A DNA stretch of 64,000 nucleotides from IMG/VR virus record IMGVR_UViG_3300007754_000852; one strand, given 5' to 3'. Positions 48,973 through 59,016 of this stretch are shown piece after piece. This DNA comes from a virus. Its lineage: Duplodnaviria; Caudoviricetes. Position 1 is the stretch's first letter. The number at the start of each line of letters is the position of its first letter. The notes under the pieces are model-generated. The model was not told the DNA's origin. It saw nothing but the letters and a program-made list of their open reading frames with translations, and searched no databases. Position numbers and translations under genes: made by a program.

Positions 48973-50598
48973 TTAAATTTTGGACACTAAGATTCCATGA
49001 TCACCAAAGTATAAGTTATCGATATTTGTCCTAAGAAAGCAGTCAATTGCATGATCAGGCGTTTCACAGATAGGTTCTCTATCATTAAAGCTAGTGTTCA
49101 GTAAAATTGGAACACCTGTCTTCTCCTTCCACTTTTTCAGAAAGGAAAAATACCACTGATTGTCGTTTTCTGTTACAGTTTGTAATCTCGCTGTTCCGTC
49201 TAAGTGTAGAACAGCCGGAACTTTTTCTTTTACATCGTCTTTAAACTTTAAGACAAAGCTCATATACGGACTATCAACATCTTCAGTAAACCATTCTCCT
49301 ACATCATCTCTCAATATTGACGGTGCAAATGGTCGATACCATTGTCTATGCTTAACCTTTTCGTTAATCATTTCCTTCATGCTTTCACCTCTTGGATCAG
49401 CAAGAATGCTTCTATTTCCAAGGGCTCGTCTACCAGACTCAGATCCACCATTAAAAACTGACACTATTTTTTGTGAATCTAATAGGTCGATTACACTTTC
49501 ATCGTCTGATTCTGAAAATGATACTTTGTCACCTAGCCTGCTTAATGATGTTAATATTTCATCTTTTGAATATGTCTTTCCAAGGTATGGTGAAAAGCTA
49601 TCATTCCATTTTATTCTTTCATTTCCAAGAACAACGTGCCAGATAAACTGTGTGGCACCTATTGTCAAACCGCCATCATGCGGTGTTGGTGTAACATAAA
49701 CACCTTCGAGCTCTGGAAACCATGACCTTATCTTTCCGACCATTACTGAATTTAAACTAACACCTCCTGCAAGACAAAGGTTTCTTGTACTAATTCTACT
49801 GAGAAGCATTCCAAGGAGGGCCTTAAAGACCTTTTCTGTAGCTGATTGAAGACCTGCTGCTAGATCAAACATATCTTGCTCAGACTGATCAGCAATCTTT
49901 ACCCATTTATCAAGATACGGATGGATAGGATCATGCCCTGGAACAAGCGCACCTTTTGGCTGATTTGCTGGTTTATGAGACGCGCTTGCTATATCAGCTG
50001 TTAACATTTTTTCAAAATCACTTTCAAACCTTGTCGGATCTCCTAAAGCTGCCATCGCCATAACAGATCCTGCCTGATGCCCTCTTGGCCATCCTGACTG
50101 TAATTTAAAGATATATCTTGTGGCACGAGTCCATAGACCGCCTATATTTACCTGTGACATGGGAAATGAAAATGCATGTTCAAGATTATTTCCATTTCCA
50201 AGCCATACTGTAAGAGCTGTCTGGACTCCATTCTCTTCAACACCGCCGCCATCAGCAGTTACAACAAGAGCTTCATCAAAATTACTAGAAAAGAAAGCGT
50301 TAGCTGCATGGGCCTTGTGATGACCAACAACATAGACATTTCCCTTATTTTTCTTTAGGACATTGAGAAATCTCTTATATGATTCATCATAATCTGTAAC
50401 TTTATTTGACGGAGAGCAAGTTACAAGATGCTTGATGTCCTCATAGTCTGAGTAGTTTTCCATTAAGAAGGAAAGAGAATCACCTGGAGGCTCTTTCTCA
50501 CGTATAAATCTTTCATATTCATCATGAATAACAGGACGCCCATCATCCATTACAAAGTATGAACAATCATGTCCTGACCAAACACCAGCAATTTTCAT
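48973..50598 (-). CDS. O-carbamoyltransferase (NodU/CmcH/TobZ family)
   Basis: GHD, ERF..K, HHKAHAA, DGGG, AGGVSLN, GRRALGNRSILADPR, RPFAPS, DGTARLQTV, LNTSFN. Confidence 0.92.
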   Translation of the reverse strand: MKIAGVWSGHDCSYFVMDDGRPVIHDEYERFIREKEPPGDSLSFLMENYSDYEDIKHLVTCSPSNKVTDYDESYKRFLNVLKKNKGNVYVVGHHKAHAANAFFSSNFDEALVVTADGGGVEENGVQTALTVWLGNGNNLEHAFSFPMSQVNIGGLWTRATRYIFKLQSGWPRGHQAGSVMAMAALGDPTRFESDFEKMLTADIASASHKPANQPKGALVPGHDPIHPYLDKWVKIADQSEQDMFDLAAGLQSATEKVFKALLGMLLSRISTRNLCLAGGVSLNSVMVGKIRSWFPELEGVYVTPTPHDGGLTIGATQFIWHVVLGNERIKWNDSFSPYLGKTYSKDEILTSLSRLGDKVSFSESDDESVIDLLDSQKIVSVFNGGSESGRRALGNRSILADPRGESMKEMINEKVKHRQWYRPFAPSILRDDVGEWFTEDVDSPYMSFVLKFKDDVKEKVPAVLHLDGTARLQTVTENDNQWYFSFLKKWKEKTGVPILLNTSFNDREPICETPDHAIDCFLRTNIDNLYFGDHGILVSKI

Positions 50599-51569
50599 AA
50601 GTTTCTCCCTGAAAGTCTTTTTATATCACTTTCAACCATCTTTTTTACAAGACTGTCAAACGTTGTTGTGGGTTCCCATTTTAAAACTGTCTTAGCTTTT
50701 GAATAGTCACCTATTAAGACATCTACCTCTGCAGGTCTCATAAACCTTTCATCTTGTTTGACATATTTTTCCCAATCATTAATTCCAGCATGATAAAATG
50801 CTTTTTCTAAAAACTCTTTTACTGAATGACACTCACCAGTTGCTATCACATAATCATCTGGTTCATCTTGCTGGAGCATTAGCCACATTGCCTCAACGTA
50901 ATCGACTGCATACCCCCAGTCTCTTTTTGCATCAAGGTTTCCAAGAACAATATCATCAGATAAGCCTAAAAAGATTTTTGCCACTCCATCAGTTATCTTT
51001 CTTGTAACAAACTGAATCCCTCTTCTTTCTGACTCATGGTTGAAGCAAATTCCTGAGCAATTGAACATTCCATATGACTCTCTGTAGTTTTTTGTGATCC
51101 AGTGCCCATATAGCTTTGACACACCGTACGGACTTCTTGGATAAAATGGAGTTTTCTCATTTGCAGGACATTCCACAGCCTTTCCGAACATTTCAGATGT
51201 GCTGGCCTGATAAAACCTTATGTTCTTTCCGCTTTCACGAATTGACTCTAACACTCGCAATACTCCTACACCTGTGACACTTGTCGTAAGTCCAGGAGAA
51301 TTCCAGCTTTCACCTACAAATGACTGTGCAGCTAAATTATAAACTTCATCTGGATTACACCTGTTAATTGCTCTAAGGATAGAGTTTTGATCAGTAATGT
51401 CTCCAGATATAAACTCTATTTCATCCTCTATACGTCTTGTATTTTCTCTTATTCGATTTGAAATTCTTCTCTCAAGCCCAAAAACATCATAATCTTTTTG
51501 TAGCAAAAATTCAGCGAGATGGCTTCCGTCCATCCCATTTATTCCGGTTATTAAAGCTCTTTTTTTCAA
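50595..51569 (-). CDS. gmd: GDP-mannose 4,6-dehydratase (copy 2)
   Basis: TTG start. LITGINGMDGSHLA, YNLAAQSFV, YQASTSEMFG, PRSPYGVSK, NHESERRG, LGNLDAKRDWG. Confidence 0.93.
   Translation of the reverse strand: MKKRALITGINGMDGSHLAEFLLQKDYDVFGLERRISNRIRENTRRIEDEIEFISGDITDQNSILRAINRCNPDEVYNLAAQSFVGESWNSPGLTTSVTGVGVLRVLESIRESGKNIRFYQASTSEMFGKAVECPANEKTPFYPRSPYGVSKLYGHWITKNYRESYGMFNCSGICFNHESERRGIQFVTRKITDGVAKIFLGLSDDIVLGNLDAKRDWGYAVDYVEAMWLMLQQDEPDDYVIATGECHSVKEFLEKAFYHAGINDWEKYVKQDERFMRPAEVDVLIGDYSKAKTVLKWEPTTTFDSLVKKMVESDIKRLSGRNL
50833..50903. repeat. Direct repeat copy B inside gmd-2 (62 bp exact, 50842-50903)
   Basis: Identical to 44595-44656; offset 6247 bp. Confidence 0.95.
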
Positions 51570-51570
51570 T

Positions 51571-52494
51571 TTATTTTTTACCTATAGAATCTTTAAACAT
51601 CTTAATAAATTCATTCTTGTGTGATCGTATCTCAAACTTTTTTACTTGTTTAAAGCTGTAATTGATGTCATCGCTTGTCGGATAATAATCACTTTTTGAC
51701 AAATTAACAATACAGCTATCAGAAAGAATATTTGAGACAATGCCAACATCTGTAGAAACAATAGGTATCTTCATTGCTGATGCCTCAAGGACAGACTGGG
51801 GACCGCCCTCATACCTAGATGATATCACATATAGATCACATGCAGCATACATCTTTCTCAGTGTTTCAATTGGAGCCATTTCAAAATAAGAAAACCTTAT
51901 CTTAGACTTTTTTAACCTATTGATAACATACTGTCGTCGAAACCCACCCAATAGCACATGAATATTGTCTTTGTTCTTTCTTTCAACAAAGTCACAAAAT
52001 ACATCAGGACCCTTTTCAAGTTTTGGTGTAATAAGATCACTTCCCTCAGTATCTCTTTGAAACGAGCCTATTACAAAATCGTCTTGAGATATTTTTAGAT
52101 CATTTCGACAGCTTTCTCTGTCAAGAGGGTACCACTTTTTCTCATCGTACCAATATGATATTACACTTATTGGCTTTGATGTTAGGTTAGAAATTAACTC
52201 TTTTGTATTTTTATTTGGAACGTGATAGCAATCAACAAACTGATCTCTAAATAAAAATTCATTAATCTTTTCTTGTGTCATCTTCTCTGGAACAAGATGA
52301 TGAACAGTCAAAACTACCTTTTTTGACCTTAATATTTCAACTGGTATATGATTCCAGCACCAGCCAGCTAATAGCCAAATTACATCACTGTCTAAAATAT
52401 TTGAAGTCGTTATATCTAGATTGTGATTAGCCCATTCACCTGCAATTCTATCACAAATCCAGTTTTCTCTAGGTGCTAAAACAAAAACTCTCAT
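51571..52494 (-). CDS. GT4-like glycosyltransferase
   Basis: EKGPD, SRYEGGPQSVLEASAMKIPIVSTDVG. Confidence 0.82.
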   Translation of the reverse strand: MRVFVLAPRENWICDRIAGEWANHNLDITTSNILDSDVIWLLAGWCWNHIPVEILRSKKVVLTVHHLVPEKMTQEKINEFLFRDQFVDCYHVPNKNTKELISNLTSKPISVISYWYDEKKWYPLDRESCRNDLKISQDDFVIGSFQRDTEGSDLITPKLEKGPDVFCDFVERKNKDNIHVLLGGFRRQYVINRLKKSKIRFSYFEMAPIETLRKMYAACDLYVISSRYEGGPQSVLEASAMKIPIVSTDVGIVSNILSDSCIVNLSKSDYYPTSDDINYSFKQVKKFEIRSHKNEFIKMFKDSIGKK

Positions 52495-53480
52495 TAATCT
52501 TCAAGCCAATCTGAGATATAGTCATCATCCTTTATATCTTCTTTAGTTTCTTCAAATATTATCTCATAATCATCAGACGTTGCAGTCTCTATGTTTATAG
52601 GATTCTTTTTCCAGTTTCCAAATTCATCAATTGGTGCCGTCCACCCTATAGGTCTGGCTAACTCTTCAATTGAAAAGGGTCTATGAGCGTGATAGCTTAA
52701 GCTCTTCTCATCTATCCAGTCATAATATACATCATCTTTTGCCTGCCAATATTTTCCAAATCTTTTATTTCCTCTAACACGTGCATTTGTTCCTCGAGGA
52801 TCTGTAAATATTCCAACACAGACAGGAACCCATGGAAGATATGTCTGAAGGTCTCCATTGAATGTTTTATCAATTGTATTGCTAAGGTTTTCTTCAGCGT
52901 TTATGCCCTCAGGTGACATCTTCCACCCGCCGACGTAATCAAGAACTTTGCGTCGATATCCACAATCACCTGCACCATTTACCCTGTTTCTTGTTGAATC
53001 AGTTGCAAAAAATGTATTATTTACCTGAACCTTTGAAAATTCAGCACTTTCAAGCCTTACTTTTCGCTGACAGTCTAAAAGAACTGATCCGACATTACTT
53101 CTTTGCTTAAAAAGCTCAACGTAGTCACCTAACCAACCCTCTCTGATAAACTGACAATCTCCTTGTAGCGGAAAAATTATCTCCCCAGACGATTCATGAA
53201 ACACGATGTTTAAAGAATCTGTGAAAGGAGATATGTGATCTACGTCATTTTGACCTATTTTAAACGTTTTTTCTCCTCTTGTATCCTGCTGGTTGATTAC
53301 CTTCCAACCTCTCTCCTTTAGAGACTGTAAATACTCTTGTGTTCCTTCCTCCTGACTATTGTCATCAACACATATAAATTCTACATCTGGATAATCTTGA
53401 ACTGATCTCATCAATGACTCAGCGCAGCTTTTTAAATAAAACAACCTATTGTAGTTGATGATTCCAAAAGTTACTTTCAT
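52494..53480 (-). CDS. GT2-family glycosyltransferase
   Basis: VTFGIINYNR, ICVDDNSQE, LQGDCQF. Confidence 0.75.
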   Translation of the reverse strand: MKVTFGIINYNRLFYLKSCAESLMRSVQDYPDVEFICVDDNSQEEGTQEYLQSLKERGWKVINQQDTRGEKTFKIGQNDVDHISPFTDSLNIVFHESSGEIIFPLQGDCQFIREGWLGDYVELFKQRSNVGSVLLDCQRKVRLESAEFSKVQVNNTFFATDSTRNRVNGAGDCGYRRKVLDYVGGWKMSPEGINAEENLSNTIDKTFNGDLQTYLPWVPVCVGIFTDPRGTNARVRGNKRFGKYWQAKDDVYYDWIDEKSLSYHAHRPFSIEELARPIGWTAPIDEFGNWKKNPINIETATSDDYEIIFEETKEDIKDDDYISDWLED

Positions 53481-53520
53481 TTTATACTCCTAAGATAATT
53501 GTACTAATGTTATCAAAAAT

Positions 53521-54429
53521 TTATTCTAAAATCACATTAAATACATCTAGATATTTGACTGAGACATCTTTTATGTCTATCAATGAGTCTTTATTTTTCG
53601 ACGCAGCAGTCTTAGAAAAATCCATAGGTGGAGGACTGTACAGCTCTATTGGTGACATATCCCATTCATCTTCCGCAACAATCGTAGCTTCTTCGCCTGC
53701 GATTTCACAGGTTCCTCCTGCAGATGAACATATTATTTTAGCACCACATGCCCTCGCGTCAATTACAACGTTAGGACAGTGATCAAGCCATGAAAGATGT
53801 ACTAGATATGTACTTCTCTTATATAGAGAAATTAATGTACTCCAGTCTAAATCGCCTGCATAAAAAATATTAGGATGGCTAACCTCAATATCGGGATTAT
53901 TTCCAGCTATGACAAGACAGTCACTATCTGACGAGAATTCAAGAAAGTACCTAATATTCTCAGATAACCTTTTGTGGGGTCGCCACGACGAGGCACAGCA
54001 CCACACTGTATTAAACCCATCAAGCGCTGGATGAGATAAAGGCTCAATGTTGTTAATTGTATCAATGCACGTACCATTATGAATTACAAATCCTTTTTCA
54101 TGCTCACCAAACCATTTCTCTGTCAGCTTTTTATTAAAGTGAGACTGGTATATTACTGCATCTGCTGCGTGGAACGTTTCCATTATTGGCATGTTTAAAG
54201 ATGTATAGTCTTGTCTTGAATTGAAATAAATTCCATCAAGACGCTGGACCATTGGAGCAATTTTAAAATTTGACGCTATGAATGACAGCTGAATATCTGG
54301 CTTTTCTAGTGCTGCTGACAGAGAAAAGACGTCATGACCCTTTAGACACAATTCGTCTGATAGTTTTTTAGCAAATGAATTCGGGCCTGAGCGTGATGAA
54401 AAATTAACATTATCAAATAAGACCTTCAT
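53521..54429 (-). CDS. GT4-like glycosyltransferase
   Basis: SGPNSF, VQRLDG, WRPHKRL, DHCPNVVIDARACG. Confidence 0.8.
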   Translation of the reverse strand: MKVLFDNVNFSSRSGPNSFAKKLSDELCLKGHDVFSLSAALEKPDIQLSFIASNFKIAPMVQRLDGIYFNSRQDYTSLNMPIMETFHAADAVIYQSHFNKKLTEKWFGEHEKGFVIHNGTCIDTINNIEPLSHPALDGFNTVWCCASSWRPHKRLSENIRYFLEFSSDSDCLVIAGNNPDIEVSHPNIFYAGDLDWSTLISLYKRSTYLVHLSWLDHCPNVVIDARACGAKIICSSAGGTCEIAGEEATIVAEDEWDMSPIELYSPPPMDFSKTAASKNKDSLIDIKDVSVKYLDVFNVILE

Positions 54430-55937
54430 TTTTCTACTTTGTGAATTTCACCCGTATTCTTGTCTACTATCATGCCTTTTTTATATTTTGTATATGAGCT
54501 ATGATTTAACTCTTGCCAAGCTTTATCTCTTATTTCTTCAAGATCAGACGGTGGAATTAAAGTATTTATCATGTTTGCCTTTTGCCAATGCATTCTATCA
54601 GGATTGTAATCTACAGGTAGATTATCATTTCTTATTGCATAATCAAATAAAGGTGTTCCAGGAAGAGGCATTACAAGAAAAAAGCTAGATGCATCAAGAC
54701 CGTCATCCATACACTTTTTTGCAAAGTTGATAGTGTTTATTGCTTCATCTCTAGTTTCATCTGGATATCCTATCATAAAGTTACCTGCAACTCTAATTCC
54801 ATTTTTCTTACACGTATTTATTAAAGCAGGAATGTTTGATCTGTCGGGATTCCACTTGTTTGATGCATACTTTAATAAAATTCTATTACTTATTGACTCA
54901 AAAGGAAGCGCTATGTCTCTAAATCCTGCTGCAGCTAGCGTTTCAATTACCTCGTCGTCTGGTTCACCATTTTTAAGTAAGTGAATTACATTTATTCCAT
55001 TAACGTCAAGTATTTCAACATCAAGATCTCTTATCTTATTAATAAGCCTTATTGCCCTTTTCTTTTTTCCAAAAATAGAATCATCTTCTATGAAGATTTG
55101 CCTAACACCAAGAGTCTTTAATAACTCTATCTCAGCCAAGACTCTCTCATCAGATTTTATTCTAAATGACCCAATGTCTCCTGATATCGAGCCCTTTAGC
55201 TCACCTGATATGTGACAGTAGGTGCACCTAAATGGACAGCCTCGTGATGTCATCATAGATGCATATTTTAAATCTTCATCAGGTAAAAAATGTCCGCCGT
55301 GGGGACGCCTAATCTTCCAGTATCTATTATTTGGAAGAAGGTGCCACGCTGCCATAGGTAGATCATCAAGATTCTGTATGACATTGATGTCGAGCTTACT
55401 ATGACAAACTATTTCGTCCATTAGATAAGAAACACCTGGTATGTGACTAAACTCTTTTTTACCAGACTCAAAACGTCTAACAACTTTAACAAACGCATCT
55501 TCGGCCTCAGACGTACAAATTACATCAACTCCATTCCTAAAAAACCTATGCTGTCTGTGTCTTGCATTTACGCCGCCTGCAACTATTAATTTTTCTGGAA
55601 ATGCTTCTTTAATTAATCTTGAAACTGACAGAACCATTGTCTCTTGATGGGTAAAAATTGATGTTAATCCAATTACGTCAGCATCATAAACTTCTTCAAG
55701 AATTCTATCATTAGACACACCGGTTCTTTTCATGCCTGTCGGTAGATCAGAAGATCTATAAAAAACTGTATCAAGATCGTCTTTACTGTTTCCTACACAC
55801 GCATCAAAAATGCTAACATCGATTCCTGCTGACAAGAGAGCTCCTCCAAGTGCAGGATATGCTAGAGACCCATTAGGCTTACACATCATCTCAGGCCACG
55901 TTTGTTCTGGTGGGTACAGTAAAACTACCTTAGACAT
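54426..55937 (-). CDS. Cobalamin-binding radical SAM enzyme (class B)
   Basis: N-terminal B12-binding VIGLTSIF...VAGGVNA; SRGCPFRCTYC (CxxxCxxC); FIEDD, FMIGYPDET. Confidence 0.9.
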   Translation of the reverse strand: MSKVVLLYPPEQTWPEMMCKPNGSLAYPALGGALLSAGIDVSIFDACVGNSKDDLDTVFYRSSDLPTGMKRTGVSNDRILEEVYDADVIGLTSIFTHQETMVLSVSRLIKEAFPEKLIVAGGVNARHRQHRFFRNGVDVICTSEAEDAFVKVVRRFESGKKEFSHIPGVSYLMDEIVCHSKLDINVIQNLDDLPMAAWHLLPNNRYWKIRRPHGGHFLPDEDLKYASMMTSRGCPFRCTYCHISGELKGSISGDIGSFRIKSDERVLAEIELLKTLGVRQIFIEDDSIFGKKKRAIRLINKIRDLDVEILDVNGINVIHLLKNGEPDDEVIETLAAAGFRDIALPFESISNRILLKYASNKWNPDRSNIPALINTCKKNGIRVAGNFMIGYPDETRDEAINTINFAKKCMDDGLDASSFFLVMPLPGTPLFDYAIRNDNLPVDYNPDRMHWQKANMINTLIPPSDLEEIRDKAWQELNHSSYTKYKKGMIVDKNTGEIHKVEK

Positions 55938-56727
55938 AATTTAATATCCACTCTTCAACTCTATTTCTCCATGTAACTGCAGCAAAGTCTTTATGAAAAT
56001 CTCTAGATAGAGATCTTCCCAAATGCGTAAAGATGGGTTCTCCGTTTATCTGATGCTCTTCGCCTCTCATTCCTGGAACTGACATGAACTTTGACCTACA
56101 GTCTTTTGATCTAATTAATGGAAGTGAAACTCCTGTATATCCTGAATTTTTAATCTTTAAGGGTAGTTCCCATCCCACATCTAAGTCAATAGTTTCACCT
56201 GGTGATCTTCCAAAAATTTCAGAGTTTGTATCATCAATCATCAATCTTCTAGTCTTAGCTGGTAAAAATGATACATTACACGACTTTAAGATGTTGACAT
56301 CAAATAGACAAGCTATTGCGTTAGGAAAGTTAAGATATTTTTCACCATCGTATTCAGACCCTACTATTACACACTTTCCACTAATAAAGCTTAAAAGATT
56401 CTTATCCCAATCTCTAGATAAAAATGCAACATCAGAGTCAACTATCATTCCGCATCTTTCGCTCATATAATCTAAGATAACATCTAGACAGATTCCATGA
56501 CCCATGCTTGATGCAGAGTGACTATTAATTGCATTTAATACAACTATTTCAGAATCTGTCTTGACGCTTAAGATTTCATTTACATCGACACTTTGATCAT
56601 TTATTGCAAGTATGAATTCCACTCTTTTTTGATCGCTTACAGTCATATTTGACGACCATATAAGGTGCTTAGCATAATGCTCAGAATTAATTCCGCATGG
56701 AATTCCTATTTGAATTTTTGATGACAT
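55930..56727 (-). CDS. GT-A (GT2-like) glycosyltransferase
   Basis: MIVDSDVAF DxD motif, SMGHG.CLD, LDVGWE, HLGRS. Confidence 0.6.
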   Translation of the reverse strand: MSSKIQIGIPCGINSEHYAKHLIWSSNMTVSDQKRVEFILAINDQSVDVNEILSVKTDSEIVVLNAINSHSASSMGHGICLDVILDYMSERCGMIVDSDVAFLSRDWDKNLLSFISGKCVIVGSEYDGEKYLNFPNAIACLFDVNILKSCNVSFLPAKTRRLMIDDTNSEIFGRSPGETIDLDVGWELPLKIKNSGYTGVSLPLIRSKDCRSKFMSVPGMRGEEHQINGEPIFTHLGRSLSRDFHKDFAAVTWRNRVEEWILNYV

Positions 56728-56732
56728 TTTAA

Positions 56733-57830
56733 CTAAAAACTATTTACTGCTTCCACTATTGTTATTCTATCTTCATCTGTTAGCCACCACCCAACAGGAA
56801 TATTCATCATTTTTGAACAAAATTCATCAGTTCCAGGAAGATCATCTCTTTCAAATTTTTTATATACAGAATATCTATCATTTCTTACATGAACAACATC
56901 AGTTGCTACACCTTTTCTCATCATATGACTTTTAAATTCATCTCTATCATCGACAAGAAGGCTATAGATCCAGCATGCAGATTCAGAATCTTTTGACCTT
57001 TTAAGCTTTTTGACTCGTGAGTTATTAATATTTTCATCAAAAAATGCACTATTATTCTGATGAGCTTTAACAAGCTGTCTAATTGTTTTCATTTGTTCTA
57101 GGCCGATTAGAGCATTTAAATTATTCATATGAAATTTATACCCCCACTCAGTGACATCTTGCTCCCATCGAGACTTTCCTGTCTTGGCTGTGTACTTTCT
57201 ATCGAGGCCAAACCATCTTAGGCTTTTTATTCTTTGATCATCATCATAGCTTTTTGAACAAATTGCTCCTCCGTCAGCAGTTGTTAAGTGCTTTATTGCC
57301 TGGAATGAAAAACACACAAAGTCACTATGGCTTCCAATTGGCTTACCCTTATATGTCGCACCAAGAGCATGTGCAGCATCCTCAATCACCTTTATATCAA
57401 AATCTCTTACAGCTTTGTTAATTTCATCTATTTCAAACGGCTGACCTGCCCAGTGAACAGCAGAGATTGCCTTTGTCCTTGGTGTTATCTTTCTTTTAAC
57501 ATCGTATGGGTCAATATTTCCAGTTTCAGGATCAATGTCAGCCCAGACAAGCTTTGCACCAAATACAGATGCAGGTTCATTTGTAGCCATGCATGTCATC
57601 GGTGTAACAATTACCTCATCTCCAGGGCCTATGTCACAAAGCCTAAACGCCAGTGTTAGCGCTGATGTGCAGCTATTTACAAGAGAACAGTTTTCATTAT
57701 TGACATAATCTGAAAATTCTTTTTCAAATCTATCTGAGTATTCTCCCTCAGTTACCATTCCTCCTTCAAAAAGCTTATCTATTAATGGGCCTAACGTCCC
57801 AGGGTTGTGAACCTTAAAAAGGTTTATCAT
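56733..57830 (-). CDS. DegT/DnrJ/EryC1/StrS sugar aminotransferase
   Basis: VNSCTSAL, AVHWAG, IEDAAHA, SFQAIKHLTT with the catalytic Lys retained. Confidence 0.9.
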   Translation of the reverse strand: MINLFKVHNPGTLGPLIDKLFEGGMVTEGEYSDRFEKEFSDYVNNENCSLVNSCTSALTLAFRLCDIGPGDEVIVTPMTCMATNEPASVFGAKLVWADIDPETGNIDPYDVKRKITPRTKAISAVHWAGQPFEIDEINKAVRDFDIKVIEDAAHALGATYKGKPIGSHSDFVCFSFQAIKHLTTADGGAICSKSYDDDQRIKSLRWFGLDRKYTAKTGKSRWEQDVTEWGYKFHMNNLNALIGLEQMKTIRQLVKAHQNNSAFFDENINNSRVKKLKRSKDSESACWIYSLLVDDRDEFKSHMMRKGVATDVVHVRNDRYSVYKKFERDDLPGTDEFCSKMMNIPVGWWLTDEDRITIVEAVNSF

Positions 57831-57832
57831 CG

Positions 57833-58051
57833 CTATCTCCTATTTTTTTGATTAGAGGTTTTTCCCCATGAAATATAATTACACAGCCTTTCAAAGAAAT
57901 AATACATGATAAATCCACTAATGTTCATATAAAGAGCATTTGTCAAAGCCTTTTCTGATATTCCAGACGATAAAACAATAAAGCTATTTAAAATTGCAAT
58001 AATTCTCCATGCTACTGTCTTAAGAAGGCTTCTTGCCTTTGTCTCTTCCAC
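57833..58051 (-). CDS. DUF2061-like small membrane protein
   Basis: ETKARSLLKTVAWR...YYFFERL..YISWG pattern. Confidence 0.7.
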   Translation of the reverse strand: MEETKARSLLKTVAWRIIAILNSFIVLSSGISEKALTNALYMNISGFIMYYFFERLCNYISWGKTSNQKNRR

Positions 58052-58053
58052 AC

Positions 58054-59016
58054 TTATGATCCAAACTTTTCCTCAAAGATCTTAATATTATAATATGTCT
58101 TGTTATTAAAGTCATATGTTGACAAATCTATATTCTTTAGAATCTCTCTGACTGATTCTCCTGGAGAAAATTGTGGAGCAAAATCTAGCTGATCTTTAGT
58201 TTTGCTGTTTGTTACCTTGTAGTTTCTACATTCTGGAATGTTTTTAATTTCAATACCAACATTAATTCCATGATCAGATAGCTCACTTTTAATCTCATCA
58301 GCAAGACGACCCATTGTGTAGTTGTCATATGACACATTAAATACGCCTGTTATCTCTTGACTTGCCTCTATTGCCCTAATATATGCAGTCGCTATATCCC
58401 TAACGTCTGTTAACGGTCGCCAGACGCTAGGATTATTTACAACTATCTTACCCTGTGTTAGAGCAAATTTTGTCATTGTGTTTACAACGAGATCATATCT
58501 CATTCTTGGTGAATATCCTCCAACTGTTCCCTTCCTTAGTGCTATTGGACGAAATGATTCATCTTCAAAGCTCATAACAGCATTTTCACCAATCATTTTT
58601 GAAATTCCGTAGGGAAACTTTGGAGAAACGGGCGACTCCTCGTTCATTAGTTTATCATTTGTATATCCGTATATGCTACATGAGCTTGCATATATAAACC
58701 TCTTTACACCTGCCTCCTTTGAAATAAACGCTAGATACGTTGGTGATGATGCATTTTCAACAAAGTTCATTGATGGATTAAAATTTGCCATGGGATCATT
58801 TGATACACCAGCCATAAAAATAACAACATCAAAATCTGACAGATCGCTGGGTGTCAGTGTTCTGATGTCTGAGTTTATTACCTTTGCCTCGCTGGGAAGA
58901 TTGTTTCCAAACCATAGTAAGTCAACAACAGTTACATCATACTGTCTCTCAATTAACCTTGGAATTAAGACTGATCCTACATAGCCGGCGCCGCCAGCAA
59001 TTAAAATCTTTTTCAT
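58054..59016 (-). CDS. NAD-dependent epimerase/dehydratase (extended SDR)
   Basis: AGGAGYVGS, YASSCSIYG, YGISK, SPRMRYDLVVN. Confidence 0.87.
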   Translation of the reverse strand: MKKILIAGGAGYVGSVLIPRLIERQYDVTVVDLLWFGNNLPSEAKVINSDIRTLTPSDLSDFDVVIFMAGVSNDPMANFNPSMNFVENASSPTYLAFISKEAGVKRFIYASSCSIYGYTNDKLMNEESPVSPKFPYGISKMIGENAVMSFEDESFRPIALRKGTVGGYSPRMRYDLVVNTMTKFALTQGKIVVNNPSVWRPLTDVRDIATAYIRAIEASQEITGVFNVSYDNYTMGRLADEIKSELSDHGINVGIEIKNIPECRNYKVTNSKTKDQLDFAPQFSPGESVREILKNIDLSTYDFNNKTYYNIKIFEEKFGS

